A stretch of DNA of 64,000 nucleotides, taken from assembly GCA_024228495.1 (NCBI GenBank), contig JAAETJ010000362.1, positions 10,308-74,307 of the forward strand, in the 5' to 3' direction. Shown here piece after piece: positions 51,630-61,470 of this stretch. The stretch comes from a bacterium (lineage in GTDB: Bacteria > Pseudomonadota > Alphaproteobacteria > Rhizobiales > JAKIUO01). Each line of letters starts with the position of its first letter. Position 1 is the first letter of the stretch. The notes below the pieces were generated by a model, which was not told where the DNA came from, made no database searches, and saw only the letters and a program-made list of their open reading frames with translations. Both the position numbers and the translations under genes were made by a program.

Positions 51630-53609
51630 ATGATCGTGGAGATAGGGCATTTCGCTCTTATTTTGGCAGCCATTGTGGCGATGGTGCAATTTGCCGTTCC
51701 TTTGTGGGGCAGTTATAAATCTGACCCGATATTGATGCACGTTGCCATCCCCGCGGCTCAGACTCACCTGATGCTGCTGGCGATTTCTTTTTTTTCGCTT
51801 ATGTGGGCGTTTGTGACATCTGACTTTTCCGTCATGAACGTGTTTGCCAACTCCCATTCTGCCAAACCTCTGTTTTTCAAAATATCGGGGGTGTGGGCCA
51901 ATCATGAAGGCTCCATGTTATTGTGGGTGCTGATTCTGGCGCTCTATGGGGTGATGGTGGCGAGCTTTGGCCGTAACCTGCCTCCCAGCCTCAAAACGCA
52001 TGTTTTATCGGTACAGGCATTGATTTCAGTCGCCTTTTTGCTGTTTATTATCTTTACCTCCAATCCTTTTGAGCGCATTCCCAATCCGCCAATGGATGGC
52101 AAGGGCCTCAATCCTATTTTGCAGGATTTCGCCCTGTCCATTCATCCGCCATTCCTTTATCTGGGATATGTGGGCTTTTCCATCGCTTTTTCCTTTGCGG
52201 TTGCCGCTTTGATTGAGGGCCGCGTTGATGCAGCCTGGGCACGCTGGGTGCGCCCTTGGACACTGGTTGCTTGGATCTGCCTGACGATTGGCATTATGCT
52301 CGGCTCATGGTGGGCTTATTACGAGCTTGGTTGGGGCGGCTGGTGGTTCTGGGATCCGGTTGAAAATGCTTCATTCATGCCTTGGCTTGCAGGCACTGCC
52401 CTGCTTCATTCTGCGCTCGTTGTTGAAAAGCGCGGCGCGTTGAAGCTCTGGACGATCTTGCTATCGATCCTGACCTTTTCCCTGTCGCTGATGGGGGCAT
52501 TTCTTGTACGCTCAGGTGTCTTGTCATCGGTGCATGCTTTTGCGGTTGATCCGGAACGCGGCATCTTTATCCTTGGTATTTTGACCTTTTTCACCGGCGG
52601 GGCCTTGTCCCTGTTCGCATGGCGGGCACCAGATCTCAAGCAAGGAGGTATCTTTGCGCCCATTTCGCGTGAAGGGGCGCTTGTCTTTAACAATCTCATT
52701 CTGGTGATTGCTTGTGGAACCGTTCTAATTGGCACGTTGTGGCCATTGGTCACCGAGGCATTTGGTCTCAAAATCTCGGTGGGCGCACCCTATTTCGAGT
52801 TGACCTTTGCGCCATTGATGCTGCCCTTGTTGCTGGCTATTCCCTTTGGTCCATTACTGGCTTGGAAGCGCGGTGATTTGCGCGGCGCAGCGCATCGTCT
52901 TTATGCAGCTGCCGGGATTGCATTGCTTGTTGTTGTCATCACCTATTCAGTGACATCAGGCGAATCCATGATTGCACCGTTGGTCATCGGAATTGGCGTT
53001 TATATTGTGGCGGGTGCAGCCTCTGAAATTCTTTGGCGTGCTAAGGCGTTTCGGGCTGACTGGAGCGAAGTCAGACGAAGACTTTTCAACATGCCGCGCG
53101 CCTCTTACGGCTCCATGCTTGGGCATATGGGCATTGGGCTGTTCGTCATTGGATCGGTTGCCACCAGCGTTTGGAATACTGAAAAAATCGTTGCCATGAG
53201 TCCGGGGGATACGCAAACCATTGCTGGCTATGACGTCCGTTTTGATGGCGTCAAAAACATACAGGGTCCCAATTTCATCGAGAAAGTCGGATCGTTTAAT
53301 GTGATGAAAAATGGTGAGCAGATCACCACGCTGCATCCGGGCAAACGTGCCTATATGGTGCAGAAAATGCCGACGACGGAAACCGGCATTTACAATGCAT
53401 GGGACGGTGATCTTTATCTGGCAGTTGGTGATGAGTTGCAAAAAGGCGCTTATACGGTGCGCTTTTATTTCAATCCGTTTATCCGGTTGATCTGGCTTGG
53501 TTGCCTGATCATGGCGTTGGGTGGTTTGGTGTCGTTGACTGATCGGCGCTTGCGGATAGGTGCTCCCAAACGGGCAAAGAAAACGCGCTCTGCAGTTGCA
53601 GCCGAGTAG
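51630..53609 (+). CDS. ccmF: Cytochrome c heme lyase subunit CcmF (CycK)
   Basis: 659-aa polytopic protein with a WGGWWFWDPVEN tryptophan-rich motif. Confidence 0.95.
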   Translation: MIVEIGHFALILAAIVAMVQFAVPLWGSYKSDPILMHVAIPAAQTHLMLLAISFFSLMWAFVTSDFSVMNVFANSHSAKPLFFKISGVWANHEGSMLLWVLILALYGVMVASFGRNLPPSLKTHVLSVQALISVAFLLFIIFTSNPFERIPNPPMDGKGLNPILQDFALSIHPPFLYLGYVGFSIAFSFAVAALIEGRVDAAWARWVRPWTLVAWICLTIGIMLGSWWAYYELGWGGWWFWDPVENASFMPWLAGTALLHSALVVEKRGALKLWTILLSILTFSLSLMGAFLVRSGVLSSVHAFAVDPERGIFILGILTFFTGGALSLFAWRAPDLKQGGIFAPISREGALVFNNLILVIACGTVLIGTLWPLVTEAFGLKISVGAPYFELTFAPLMLPLLLAIPFGPLLAWKRGDLRGAAHRLYAAAGIALLVVVITYSVTSGESMIAPLVIGIGVYIVAGAASEILWRAKAFRADWSEVRRRLFNMPRASYGSMLGHMGIGLFVIGSVATSVWNTEKIVAMSPGDTQTIAGYDVRFDGVKNIQGPNFIEKVGSFNVMKNGEQITTLHPGKRAYMVQKMPTTETGIYNAWDGDLYLAVGDELQKGAYTVRFYFNPFIRLIWLGCLIMALGGLVSLTDRRLRIGAPKRAKKTRSAVAAE

Positions 53610-53612
53610 GGG

Positions 53613-54113
53613 ATGTATATGAAAAAAATTTCACTTCGTGCAGTTTTGATGCTGGCGGCCCTCCTTTTGACCCCTGCCTTTCAAGTAATGGCCGTTGAGC
53701 CTGATGAAATATTGAGCGACCCAAAGCTTGAGGCGCGGGCGCGCGAGGTATCGGTCAATCTGCGCTGTCTTGTCTGCCAGAACCAATCGATTGATGACAG
53801 CAATGCGGAGCTTGCTAAAGATTTGCGGGTGCTGGTGCGTGAGCGATTGACCAAGGGTGACACTAATGAGCAGGTTGTCTCTTATATTGTTGATCGCTTT
53901 GGCGAATATGTGCTGTTGAAACCGCGCATAGGGCTGCACACGATGATTTTGTGGTTTGGTCCCTTGGCGCTCTTGCTGCTGGCAGGTGGGTATTTCTATA
54001 TGAGTTTTCGCTCCCGGCCAGCAGCTAGTGTTAGCGCTGCCTCCTCGCCCAAGTTGGAAGCATTATCGAGCGAAGAACAAGCGGCGTTGGACAAGCTGAT
54101 GAACAAGGACTAA
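53613..54113 (+). CDS. ccmH: Cytochrome c-type biogenesis protein CcmH (CycL)
   Basis: LRCLVCQNQSIDDSNAELA motif, a signal peptide and a C-terminal TM. Confidence 0.9.
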   Translation: MYMKKISLRAVLMLAALLLTPAFQVMAVEPDEILSDPKLEARAREVSVNLRCLVCQNQSIDDSNAELAKDLRVLVRERLTKGDTNEQVVSYIVDRFGEYVLLKPRIGLHTMILWFGPLALLLLAGGYFYMSFRSRPAASVSAASSPKLEALSSEEQAALDKLMNKD

Positions 54114-54452
54114 AGCCGATTTATGAGTTCTTTTTGTCAGGTTCTAATTATGTTTCTTGTGATAGATGCGGCGGCTCTGGCGGTTTTGCCGGCGAATGAA
54201 TTTTAGCCCGCTCTCTTCGTGTCACGACGTTATCTCTTTTGGCGCGGCGCTCCATTCGATGCACGCGCGCTTGACCGTGCAACAATTACCCCGTTTCGCG
54301 AAAGCTCAGCGAGCCATTTTGAATGCCGTTATAGATACGCGGCGACAATCGCAAATGTGAACATTAATACATGTATGGGAGGTCTTCCTTTTTGCTTCGT
54401 TTAATCTCTCTGGGGTTTGTAACCCTCCATCCGCAATATCTCCAACACGTTT

Positions 54453-54750
54453 TTAGCTAAATGCTGCCCCTAAAAGTTGGGTCAGTTTTGAATGATCATT
54501 GACACGTCTTTGCAAGGTCGAGACTTTGCAAAGATGGTTTTTCAGGTTCACTGTGCTGATGTTACCGGCAAGCCGGTATTGAAAAAGCGCATACGCCGGG
54601 GGTAGCTGCTGGCGTTTTTTGCTGGTCTCAAGCCGAGCCCTGACCGGATTGAGCGTGACGTAGGAGGTAGCGCGATACAGATGTTCTTCGTCCATGACGA
54701 CCGAGCCATAGCGCCCTTGCCAGAGATGTCCTGTCCATCTGTTGCGGGTG
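54453..54750 (-). pseudogene. Truncated IS200/RAYT-like (Y1) transposase remnant, C-terminal half only
   Basis: The minus-strand frame reads stop-TFTRNRWTGHLWQGRYGSVVMDEEHLYRATSYVTLNPVRARL, matching the conserved GHLWQGRF...NPVRA block. A TAA stop lies immediately upstream, and only about 45 bp separate it from the eamA stop. The distal part is strongly diverged. Confidence 0.6.
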
Positions 54751-54808
54751 AATGTTTATGATGCAAACCGAGTGGCTATGGAAATTCAGTGGCTACAGAT
54801 GATCACGC

Positions 54809-55660
54809 TTACAAGGGATGGTTGATCTTGAGCAAAACAATGCCTATGAGCGTTGTAAATGTTGCGACGAGTTGAACAAGGCCAAGTTTTTCTTTGAGGA
54901 AAAAGACCCCGAACAATAAGGCAAATATGATGCTCGTCTCTCTTATTGTTGCCACCAGCGCAATGGGCGCGACGGTCATCGCCCAGATGACAGCCCAGTA
55001 AGCGAGAAGGCTCATCAACCCCATCAAAAATGCTGGTTTCCAGAGATGTTGAATTTTTGAAAATGTTTGAGAGTGTTTTTTGATCGCAAAAAAAATCATA
55101 AGGGGCAGTCCTTCCAGCGCGAAGATCCATGCTGCATAGCTGTGCGAGTTTCCCGCAAGGCGTGCCCCTAATCCATCTGTGATCGTATACGAGGCAATGA
55201 AAACCCCAGTGCCAAGTGCAAAAAACACGGCTTGTGGATTTCGAAGATTTTGTGCTCCGCGGGTGAGCGACAAGCTCATAATTCCCGCCGCCATAATTAC
55301 AATCACCAGCAAGGATAGGTGGCTTAACTGCTCGCCGATCACGGTGATAGAAACCAATGCGACCATCAAAGGCGCCGAGCCGCGAGCCAAGGGATATACA
55401 TGGCCTAAATCGCCAAATTTATAGGCGAAGATCAAAAAGATCGAGTAACCGATATGCAGCAGAACAGAAAGACAAATATAGGGCCAGCTTTGCGGAGCTG
55501 GAAGAGGAAGGAACGGGATCGTCACCAATGCGCCAAAGCTGCTGGCCGCGATCAGCAGGGCCATGAATAAAACGCGATCATCATTTTTTTTGACGAATGC
55601 GTTCCACGCCGCGTGCAGCAATGCCGCAAACAGCACGATTAAAAAGACTGACAATTCCAT
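54809..55660 (-). CDS. EamA/DMT-family transporter
   Basis: 283 aa with about 10 hydrophobic helices and a duplicated EamA-like organisation. Confidence 0.85.
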   Translation of the reverse strand: MELSVFLIVLFAALLHAAWNAFVKKNDDRVLFMALLIAASSFGALVTIPFLPLPAPQSWPYICLSVLLHIGYSIFLIFAYKFGDLGHVYPLARGSAPLMVALVSITVIGEQLSHLSLLVIVIMAAGIMSLSLTRGAQNLRNPQAVFFALGTGVFIASYTITDGLGARLAGNSHSYAAWIFALEGLPLMIFFAIKKHSQTFSKIQHLWKPAFLMGLMSLLAYWAVIWAMTVAPIALVATIRETSIIFALLFGVFFLKEKLGLVQLVATFTTLIGIVLLKINHPL

Positions 55661-55733
55661 ATCGATGTTTATAGCTCATATACTGGCAGATCATAATAAT
55701 AGTTTCACAATAAATTCGATTTATGCAGGCGCT

Positions 55734-55853
55734 TCCCCGCGATATTTTTACCGCACCGGCGATGTCCGAAAAAGAGGTATGATCAAAACCGTGGCTGTAG
55801 AACAAGAGATCGGCAGCTTCAACGATCTGATAGTGTGTGATCTTGTTGTTCAT
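55734..55853 (-). pseudogene. TetR-family regulator remnant (N-terminal HTH only)
   Basis: MNNKITHYQIVEAADLLFYSHGFDHTSFSDIAGAVKISRG is a TetR_N HTH. After RG the frame runs into the AT-rich eamA promoter and start region, with no ligand-binding domain. Confidence 0.6.
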
Positions 55854-55870
55854 GGAAATACTCCTTGGCA

Positions 55871-55914
55871 TAGGATGGTCGTCCTACTATACGCTCCCCG
55901 GGACGATCATCCTA
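55871..55914. promoter_or_regulatory. 14-bp inverted repeat (candidate TetR operator or hairpin) upstream of the TetR remnant
   Basis: TAGGATGGTCGTCC-n16-GGACGATCATCCTA, with 13 of 14 positions complementary. Confidence 0.4.
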
Positions 55915-55987
55915 TGTTGTCAAGGGATCGAAAGGTGACAGGACAAAACTATTGCCCCAGCGCTCAAGGCTGCTTAGTATCTGGCCT

Positions 55988-57790
55988 ATGAGCAAAACCA
56001 GAAAACAGCCCCCAAAGGCGTCCGCAGACCAGTCAGCCTATGTGGTGCTGGCGCGCAAATACCGCCCCTCTGATTTTGATGAACTGATCGGTCAAAGAGG
56101 CATGGTACAGACGCTTGGCAACGCTTTCAAGCTGGGGCGCATTGCGCAAGGCTTTATGCTGACGGGAGTGCGCGGTGTTGGTAAAACGACGACGGCGCGT
56201 ATTCTGGCGCGGGCTCTCAATTATGAGCTTGAGGGGGCTAGCAAAAACGAGCAGGGCGCCACTATCGATATGCCGGAACCTGGCGTGCATTGTCAGGCCA
56301 TCATGGAGAGCCGTCATGTGGATGTGCTGGAAATGGATGCCGCCTCGCATACAGGCATTGACGATATTCGAGAGATTATTGAGAGTACCCGCTACAAGCC
56401 TCTGTCGGCCCGCTACAAGGTCTATATCATCGATGAAGCGCACATGCTCTCCAAGTCGGCCTTCAACGCCTTGTTGAAGACGCTGGAGGAACCTCCGGAG
56501 CATGTAAAGTTTATCTTCGCCACCACAGAGGTGCAAAAGGTGCCGGTGACGGTTTTGTCTCGTTGTCAGCGATTTGATTTGAGACGCGTCGAAATGGAAG
56601 AGCTTGTTGCGCATTTCGCCATGATTTCCAAAAGTGAAGGTGCCAAGGTTGACCCCGAGGCATTGGCCTTGATCGCGCAAGCCGCGCAAGGCTCGGTGCG
56701 CGATGGTCTGTCTATACTGGATCAGGCGATTGCCCATGCGCAAGAAGAACAGGTCAGCAGCGATGATGTGCGGGGCATGCTGGGGCTGGCCGACCGCATG
56801 CGGATATTTGATCTGCTGACAAGCGTTTTGAAGGGGGATGCTGCTGATGCGCTCGAGCAATGCCAGGCCTTGTTTACCGATGGCGCAGAACCCGCCCGTA
56901 TCTTGATTGATCTGGCCGAGACTACTCATATTCTAACGCGCAAGAAAATCCTTGATGATCGCGGTGCTGTTGCATTGAGCGAATCTGAACGTGGGCGCGT
57001 CAAGGAAATGGCGGGCAAGCTTTCCATGCCGGTACTGTCGCGCTGTTGGCAGATGCTTTTGAAGGGCATTGATGAATGTAGCAAAGCCCCCAATCAGATC
57101 GCCGCCGTTGATATGATCCTTATTCGTATTTCCTATGCGGCTGATCTGCCGTCGCCTGAAGAGCTGGCGCGTGCCATACAGGGACAGAGTGAGGGCGCAT
57201 CAAAAGCTGTAGGGGGAGCCGGAGCAGGCGCAAATCATAACGGTGCCGCACCTCGCGCTATGGATCAGGCCGGTGCACCCGGTCAACAAGCGCCTCGTGC
57301 GATGAGAGATGGTCATGGGACACCGGCATCAACAGCTGCCATCAGCACCATGCAAGCGCAGGCAAAGGCGGGGGCCTTTCACGAAGAAGCGGGCAATAGT
57401 CTCTCAAGTTTTGAAGATATTGCCGAGTTGATTGGCCGCGATGGCGGACTGGTGCTTAAAATCGCCTTCGAAGAACATGTGCGCCCCATCCGCTTTGAGC
57501 ATGGCACCATCGAGATTTCGCTTGCCAATGAAGCGCCGCGCGGGCTTGCCAATGATATCAAGCGTCTGCTGAACAATTCTACCGGTGATAATTGGATGGT
57601 GGTGGTCGCTGATCGGCAAGGCGATGAAACCCTTAATGAAAAAAAACAGCGTGAGCTTCAAAGCGAGCTTGCAAAAGTCAAACGCCACCCGCTTGTTAAA
57701 GAAGCGCTGAAACTGTTTCCTGATGCGCGCATAACCGATATCCGCGCAATCAAAAAAAATACCACTGACACGAAGGAGGGTGAGCGATGA
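55988..57790 (+). CDS. dnaX: DNA polymerase III subunits gamma/tau
   Basis: YRPSDFDELIGQ, GVRGVGKTTTARILA (Walker A), a Cys cluster and DEAHMLS. ATG at 55988; the track start at 55952 is TTG. Confidence 0.95.
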   Translation: MSKTRKQPPKASADQSAYVVLARKYRPSDFDELIGQRGMVQTLGNAFKLGRIAQGFMLTGVRGVGKTTTARILARALNYELEGASKNEQGATIDMPEPGVHCQAIMESRHVDVLEMDAASHTGIDDIREIIESTRYKPLSARYKVYIIDEAHMLSKSAFNALLKTLEEPPEHVKFIFATTEVQKVPVTVLSRCQRFDLRRVEMEELVAHFAMISKSEGAKVDPEALALIAQAAQGSVRDGLSILDQAIAHAQEEQVSSDDVRGMLGLADRMRIFDLLTSVLKGDAADALEQCQALFTDGAEPARILIDLAETTHILTRKKILDDRGAVALSESERGRVKEMAGKLSMPVLSRCWQMLLKGIDECSKAPNQIAAVDMILIRISYAADLPSPEELARAIQGQSEGASKAVGGAGAGANHNGAAPRAMDQAGAPGQQAPRAMRDGHGTPASTAAISTMQAQAKAGAFHEEAGNSLSSFEDIAELIGRDGGLVLKIAFEEHVRPIRFEHGTIEISLANEAPRGLANDIKRLLNNSTGDNWMVVVADRQGDETLNEKKQRELQSELAKVKRHPLVKEALKLFPDARITDIRAIKKNTTDTKEGER

Positions 57791-58107
57791 AAGGCTTCAT
57801 GGATATGATGTCTCAGGCCAAGGATTTACAGGCCAAAATGACCAAGATGCAGGATGAGTTGGTTCTGATGGAAGTAGAAGGGCAGGCGGGTGCCGGGCTG
57901 GTATGCGTGACCCTGGATGGTAAGGGGGTGATGAAGGGCATGAAGGTAGATGCCAGCCTTTTGAAACCCGGGGAAGCGGAGATATTGGAAGACCTGGTAA
58001 TCGCCGCACATAACGACGCCAAAAGCAAACTTGAGCAAGTGACGGCTGAAAAAATGCAGTCGATGGCAGGAGATATGCCCCTGCCCCCTGGCATGAAGCT
58101 GTTTTAG
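57787..58107 (+). CDS. ybaB: Nucleoid-associated protein YbaB/EbfC
   Basis: MMSQAKDLQAKMTKMQDEL...VEGQAGAGLVCVTLDGKG. ATGA overlap with dnaX. Confidence 0.9.
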   Translation: MKGFMDMMSQAKDLQAKMTKMQDELVLMEVEGQAGAGLVCVTLDGKGVMKGMKVDASLLKPGEAEILEDLVIAAHNDAKSKLEQVTAEKMQSMAGDMPLPPGMKLF

Positions 58108-58119
58108 GATTTGTCTCTT

Positions 58120-58142
58120 AAAGGGGGTAGCCCCCTTTGTTT
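58120..58142 (+). terminator. Hairpin after ybaB
   Basis: aaaggggg-tag-cccccttt followed by gtttg. 8-bp stem with a short T tract. Confidence 0.5.
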
Positions 58143-58361
58143 GCCTGACAGCAGTTGATATTTACCCTTTACGTGGGCGCTATATGGGCCTACACAGGTC
58201 TCGCCGACAGCCTTTTGGGAGGCACTGATTTTTGTAGAGGCCGTAAGACCACCTGTAATGATCTATCCCGTATATGGACGTGGTGGCTATTGTTCGACTT
58301 TGTGCGTTGATCCATCAATAGTGTTTACTTATGACAATGCACGGATTTGATGTGAGATCTG

Positions 58362-58616
58362 ATGAATATTTATGCAGGCAATCTTTCGTACAACACGCAA
58401 GATAACGAACTTAACGACGCATTTGCTGAATTTGGCGAAGTATCAAGCGCCAAAGTGATCATGGACCGTGACACTGGTCGCTCAAAAGGCTTTGGCTTTG
58501 TAGAAATGGCCAATGATGAAGATGGAAAAAAAGCTATCGAAGCGCTCGACGGCACTGATCTTGATGGCCGCACCATCAAAGTCAATGAAGCACGTCCTCG
58601 TCCAGATCGTCATTAA
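58362..58616 (+). CDS. RRM-type (RNP-1/RNP-2) RNA-binding protein, 84 aa
   Basis: RNP-2 IYAGNL and RNP-1 KGFGFVEM, with a single RRM fold length. Confidence 0.9.
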   Translation: MNIYAGNLSYNTQDNELNDAFAEFGEVSSAKVIMDRDTGRSKGFGFVEMANDEDGKKAIEALDGTDLDGRTIKVNEARPRPDRH

Positions 58617-58806
58617 TTCGATCTGATCGAACGAAGTGTTTTTGATCTGTTTTTTGCAGATCTAACAAGACACAAGAAACCGTTCTTTACGGAGGGCCGT
58701 CTCTTTGTGAGGAGCGGCTTTAGAATAGTCGTCGCTCGATTTCATTTTCAGCGTTATGATGTCCTGTGTTAAGATGGCTTAGGTCATAAACTCAGGGTTT
58801 TTCCTT

Positions 58807-59412
58807 ATGGTTCATAAAGTCGCCGGTCCTGAAATCGAGAGACTGATTTGGCTGTTGGCGAAATTGCCGGGACTTGGCCCCCGTTCAGCCAGGCGGGCTG
58901 CGCTACACCTCATCAAAAAACGTGAAATCCTGCTGGAGCCATTGGCTGCCAGCATGAGCGAGACGGCGAAAAAAATAGAGATCTGCTCAAGCTGTGGCAA
59001 TGTGGATGTGCTGGAGCCTTGCGCCATCTGTCGCGATGAGCGCCGCGATCATTCGATGATTGTGGTGGTGGAAGAGGTCGGCGATCTGTGGGCGCTGGAG
59101 CGGGTGCAAGTTACCAAGGCGCGCTATCATGTGCTGGGCGGTGTGCTCTCACCGCTGGACGGCATTAGTCCCGAAGATCTCAACATCGCCCGCCTCATTG
59201 AACGCGCAGGCACCAATAGCGTCAACGAAGTGCTGCTTGCCCTCAACGCCACCATCGAGGGTCAAAGCACCTCCCACTATATCATGGAACAACTCACCCC
59301 CTGCAACGTCAAAGTCTCCCAGCTAGCCCACGGCGTCCCCGTCGGCGGCGAACTGGATTATCTGGACGAGGGGACACTGGCTGCAGCGATCAAGGCAAGG
59401 AAAGAGATGTGA
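58807..59412 (+). CDS. recR: Recombination protein RecR
   Basis: [11 protein letters not shown] helix-hairpin-helix, C4 zinc finger (CSSCGN...CAICRD) and a Toprim domain. Confidence 0.95.
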   Translation: MVHKVAGPEIERLIWLLAKLPGLGPRSARRAALHLIKKREILLEPLAASMSETAKKIEICSSCGNVDVLEPCAICRDERRDHSMIVVVEEVGDLWALERVQVTKARYHVLGGVLSPLDGISPEDLNIARLIERAGTNSVNEVLLALNATIEGQSTSHYIMEQLTPCNVKVSQLAHGVPVGGELDYLDEGTLAAAIKARKEM

Positions 59413-59699
59413 GGGGATTAGGTAGTTGAATTTGAATACAGCTGCAAATCCTTTTGCGTTATGTCGCAAGAGAAGCTGAGCAGTAGTACCTGAGTGGGGG
59501 TGTCAACAGACCAATGCGATGACGAACATTGGTGCCTGTATAGCTTTTGAAAGCTAGTAAATCCCAGCCCACTTTGCACATTTTCGACGCTCGCCGTCAC
59601 GCCCTTTCACATGAAATTGATATACGTAGGAGGCGGTTTCATGTAAAACGAGGGTAACTTACAAGAACAATCAAAGATTAGAGGAGCGAAGATTTTATA

Positions 59700-60461
59700 A
59701 TGATGTTTGATATTACGATCTGGGGCGCGCTGATTGCGGGCCTTATCAGTTTTTTGTCACCATGCGTTTTGCCGCTTGTACCAGCTTATCTGGGGTTCCT
59801 TGGCGGCACCACCATTGATCAGCTAACCGGTGAAGATGGTAATGAAGTCGATAGCGGCGCCAAGCGCCAGGTTATCTTCGCGTCGCTGTTTTTCGTGCTT
59901 GGCCTAACTGCGGTATTTGTGTCACTTGGCGCGGCTGCTTCCTATGTTGGCGGGTTTTTGGCCGTTTATAAAAACGAGCTCGGCATGGCAGCGGGTGTCT
60001 TTATCATCATTTTCGGCCTGCATTTTTTGGGCATCTTGAAAATTCCGCTGCTCTATCGCTCCGCAAAAGTTGACGTACAGGTGGAAAGCGCCTCGCTTGC
60101 CGGGGCCTTTTTGATGGGCATGGCTTTCGCGTTTGGCTGGACCCCTTGTGTCGGGCCTGTGTTGGCGCCGATCTTGACCCTTGCGGGCAATAGCGAAACG
60201 GTCATGCAGGGGGTGGGGCTGTTGTTTGTCTATTCTATGGGGCTCGGCATTCCCTTCGTTCTCGCAGCCGTTGCCGTAACTCCGTTTATGGGTTTCATGG
60301 GCAAGTTTCGCAAGCACATGGCTAAAGTCGAAAAGGTCATGGGCCTTTTGCTGATCATCACTGGTGTGCTGTTCATAACGGGATCATTTGGCTATTTCGG
60401 CATTAATTCCATAGGCGTGTGGATCCTTGATATGTTCCCGGCTCTGGCTACTCTTGGCTAG
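59700..60461 (+). CDS. ccdA: Cytochrome c biogenesis thiol:disulfide transporter CcdA (DsbD family)
   Basis: LISFLSPCVLPLVPAYLGFLGG and GWTPCVGPVL motifs, with 6 or more TM segments. Confidence 0.9.
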   Translation: MMFDITIWGALIAGLISFLSPCVLPLVPAYLGFLGGTTIDQLTGEDGNEVDSGAKRQVIFASLFFVLGLTAVFVSLGAAASYVGGFLAVYKNELGMAAGVFIIIFGLHFLGILKIPLLYRSAKVDVQVESASLAGAFLMGMAFAFGWTPCVGPVLAPILTLAGNSETVMQGVGLLFVYSMGLGIPFVLAAVAVTPFMGFMGKFRKHMAKVEKVMGLLLIITGVLFITGSFGYFGINSIGVWILDMFPALATLG

Positions 60462-60488
60462 TGCTTTATGAACGGACATTAAAATCCC

Positions 60489-61310
60489 ATGAGCAAACCA
60501 GTTGCCCTCACCATTGCAGGCTCCGACCCCTCCGGCGGGGCCGGGCTGCAGGCTGATCTTAAAACATTTGCCGCCCACGGGGTTTATGGCGTCAGCGCTA
60601 CAACCGTACTAACGGCCCAAAATGAGCGCCGTTTCGAGATTTTACCGGTCTCACTTGCGTTCATTGGCGCGCAGATTGACGCGTTGTTCGAAGAGTTTCA
60701 AATTGATGCCATCAAGATTGGCATGCTTGCCAACCAACAAACCGTTCAAGCCGTTATTAACGCGCTACAGCGCCACAATAGGGATCGCGCGATCATGGTG
60801 GTCGTTGATCCCATACTGCGCGCCAGCAATGGTGGCATGGCGCTTGATGAGCGCGGCATGGTGCTTTTGCGCGACGAGCTGTTCCCTCTGGCCAACCTGA
60901 TAAAGCCTAATCTTGCGGAAGCGGCTTTGTTGCTTGGCGAACCAGTTGCGAACAATCCGCAGCAAATGAGTCATCAGGCAGCAAGTTTATTACAATTTGG
61001 CTGCGAGTGTGTTTTGCTGTCCGGGGGGCATCTGGCGGGACCTGATTGTGTCGATGTTCTGGCGCATGCCAGTGGCTGCGCCACTCTTTACGCCAGGAAA
61101 CTGGATGTGGGCGAGGTTCATGGCACCGGTTGCACCCTGACCTCGGCTATAACAGCAAACCTTGCCAAAGGACATGTTGCGAGCAAAGCCGTGGATCTGG
61201 CGCGGACTTATCTGCAGGGACTTTTGGCACAAAAGCATCAACTCAATCGGAATGGTGTGGCAAGATCTCTCGATCATTTATTCATAACAGTCAATAAATC
61301 TGAAAATTAG
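60489..61310 (+). CDS. thiD: Hydroxymethylpyrimidine/phosphomethylpyrimidine kinase
   Basis: [22 protein letters not shown]...IKIGML...VHGTGCTL. Confidence 0.9.
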   Translation: MSKPVALTIAGSDPSGGAGLQADLKTFAAHGVYGVSATTVLTAQNERRFEILPVSLAFIGAQIDALFEEFQIDAIKIGMLANQQTVQAVINALQRHNRDRAIMVVVDPILRASNGGMALDERGMVLLRDELFPLANLIKPNLAEAALLLGEPVANNPQQMSHQAASLLQFGCECVLLSGGHLAGPDCVDVLAHASGCATLYARKLDVGEVHGTGCTLTSAITANLAKGHVASKAVDLARTYLQGLLAQKHQLNRNGVARSLDHLFITVNKSEN

Positions 61311-61470
61311 CGGCGAGATGGTATGATCCTTGCTATTCTTTGGCAGTGTGTTTGGTTGTCAGGGGACGCGGAAGTGATCCTCACGGCCTTGCTTTTATTG
61401 ATGTGAATTAAAAATATCGGGTATTTCCATGAACGAAACCGGTATTTGAACCTTGAAGGTGGAGCCCCCT

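Noticed and set aside
54166-54404. Two overlapping 60-64-aa plus-strand ORFs after ccmH
   Set aside because: They have no SD, Arg/Cys-rich translations and no family resemblance. The region looks like degraded DNA next to the transposase remnant.
55872-55987. Looked for an SRP (4.5S) RNA or tRNA upstream of dnaX
   Set aside because: No GGAAGGAAGCAGCC-type domain IV sequence or cloverleaf was found. The interval holds only a 14-bp inverted repeat.
56033-56929. 298-aa minus-strand ORF inside dnaX
   Set aside because: It is an antisense shadow of the AAA+ domain of dnaX, and the translation has no recognisable motifs.
57639-57646. A8 run in dnaX as a possible gamma/tau frameshift site
   Set aside because: It lies only about 50 codons from the 3' end of the gene, far from where a gamma-type truncation would be made, and no downstream stem-loop was noticed.
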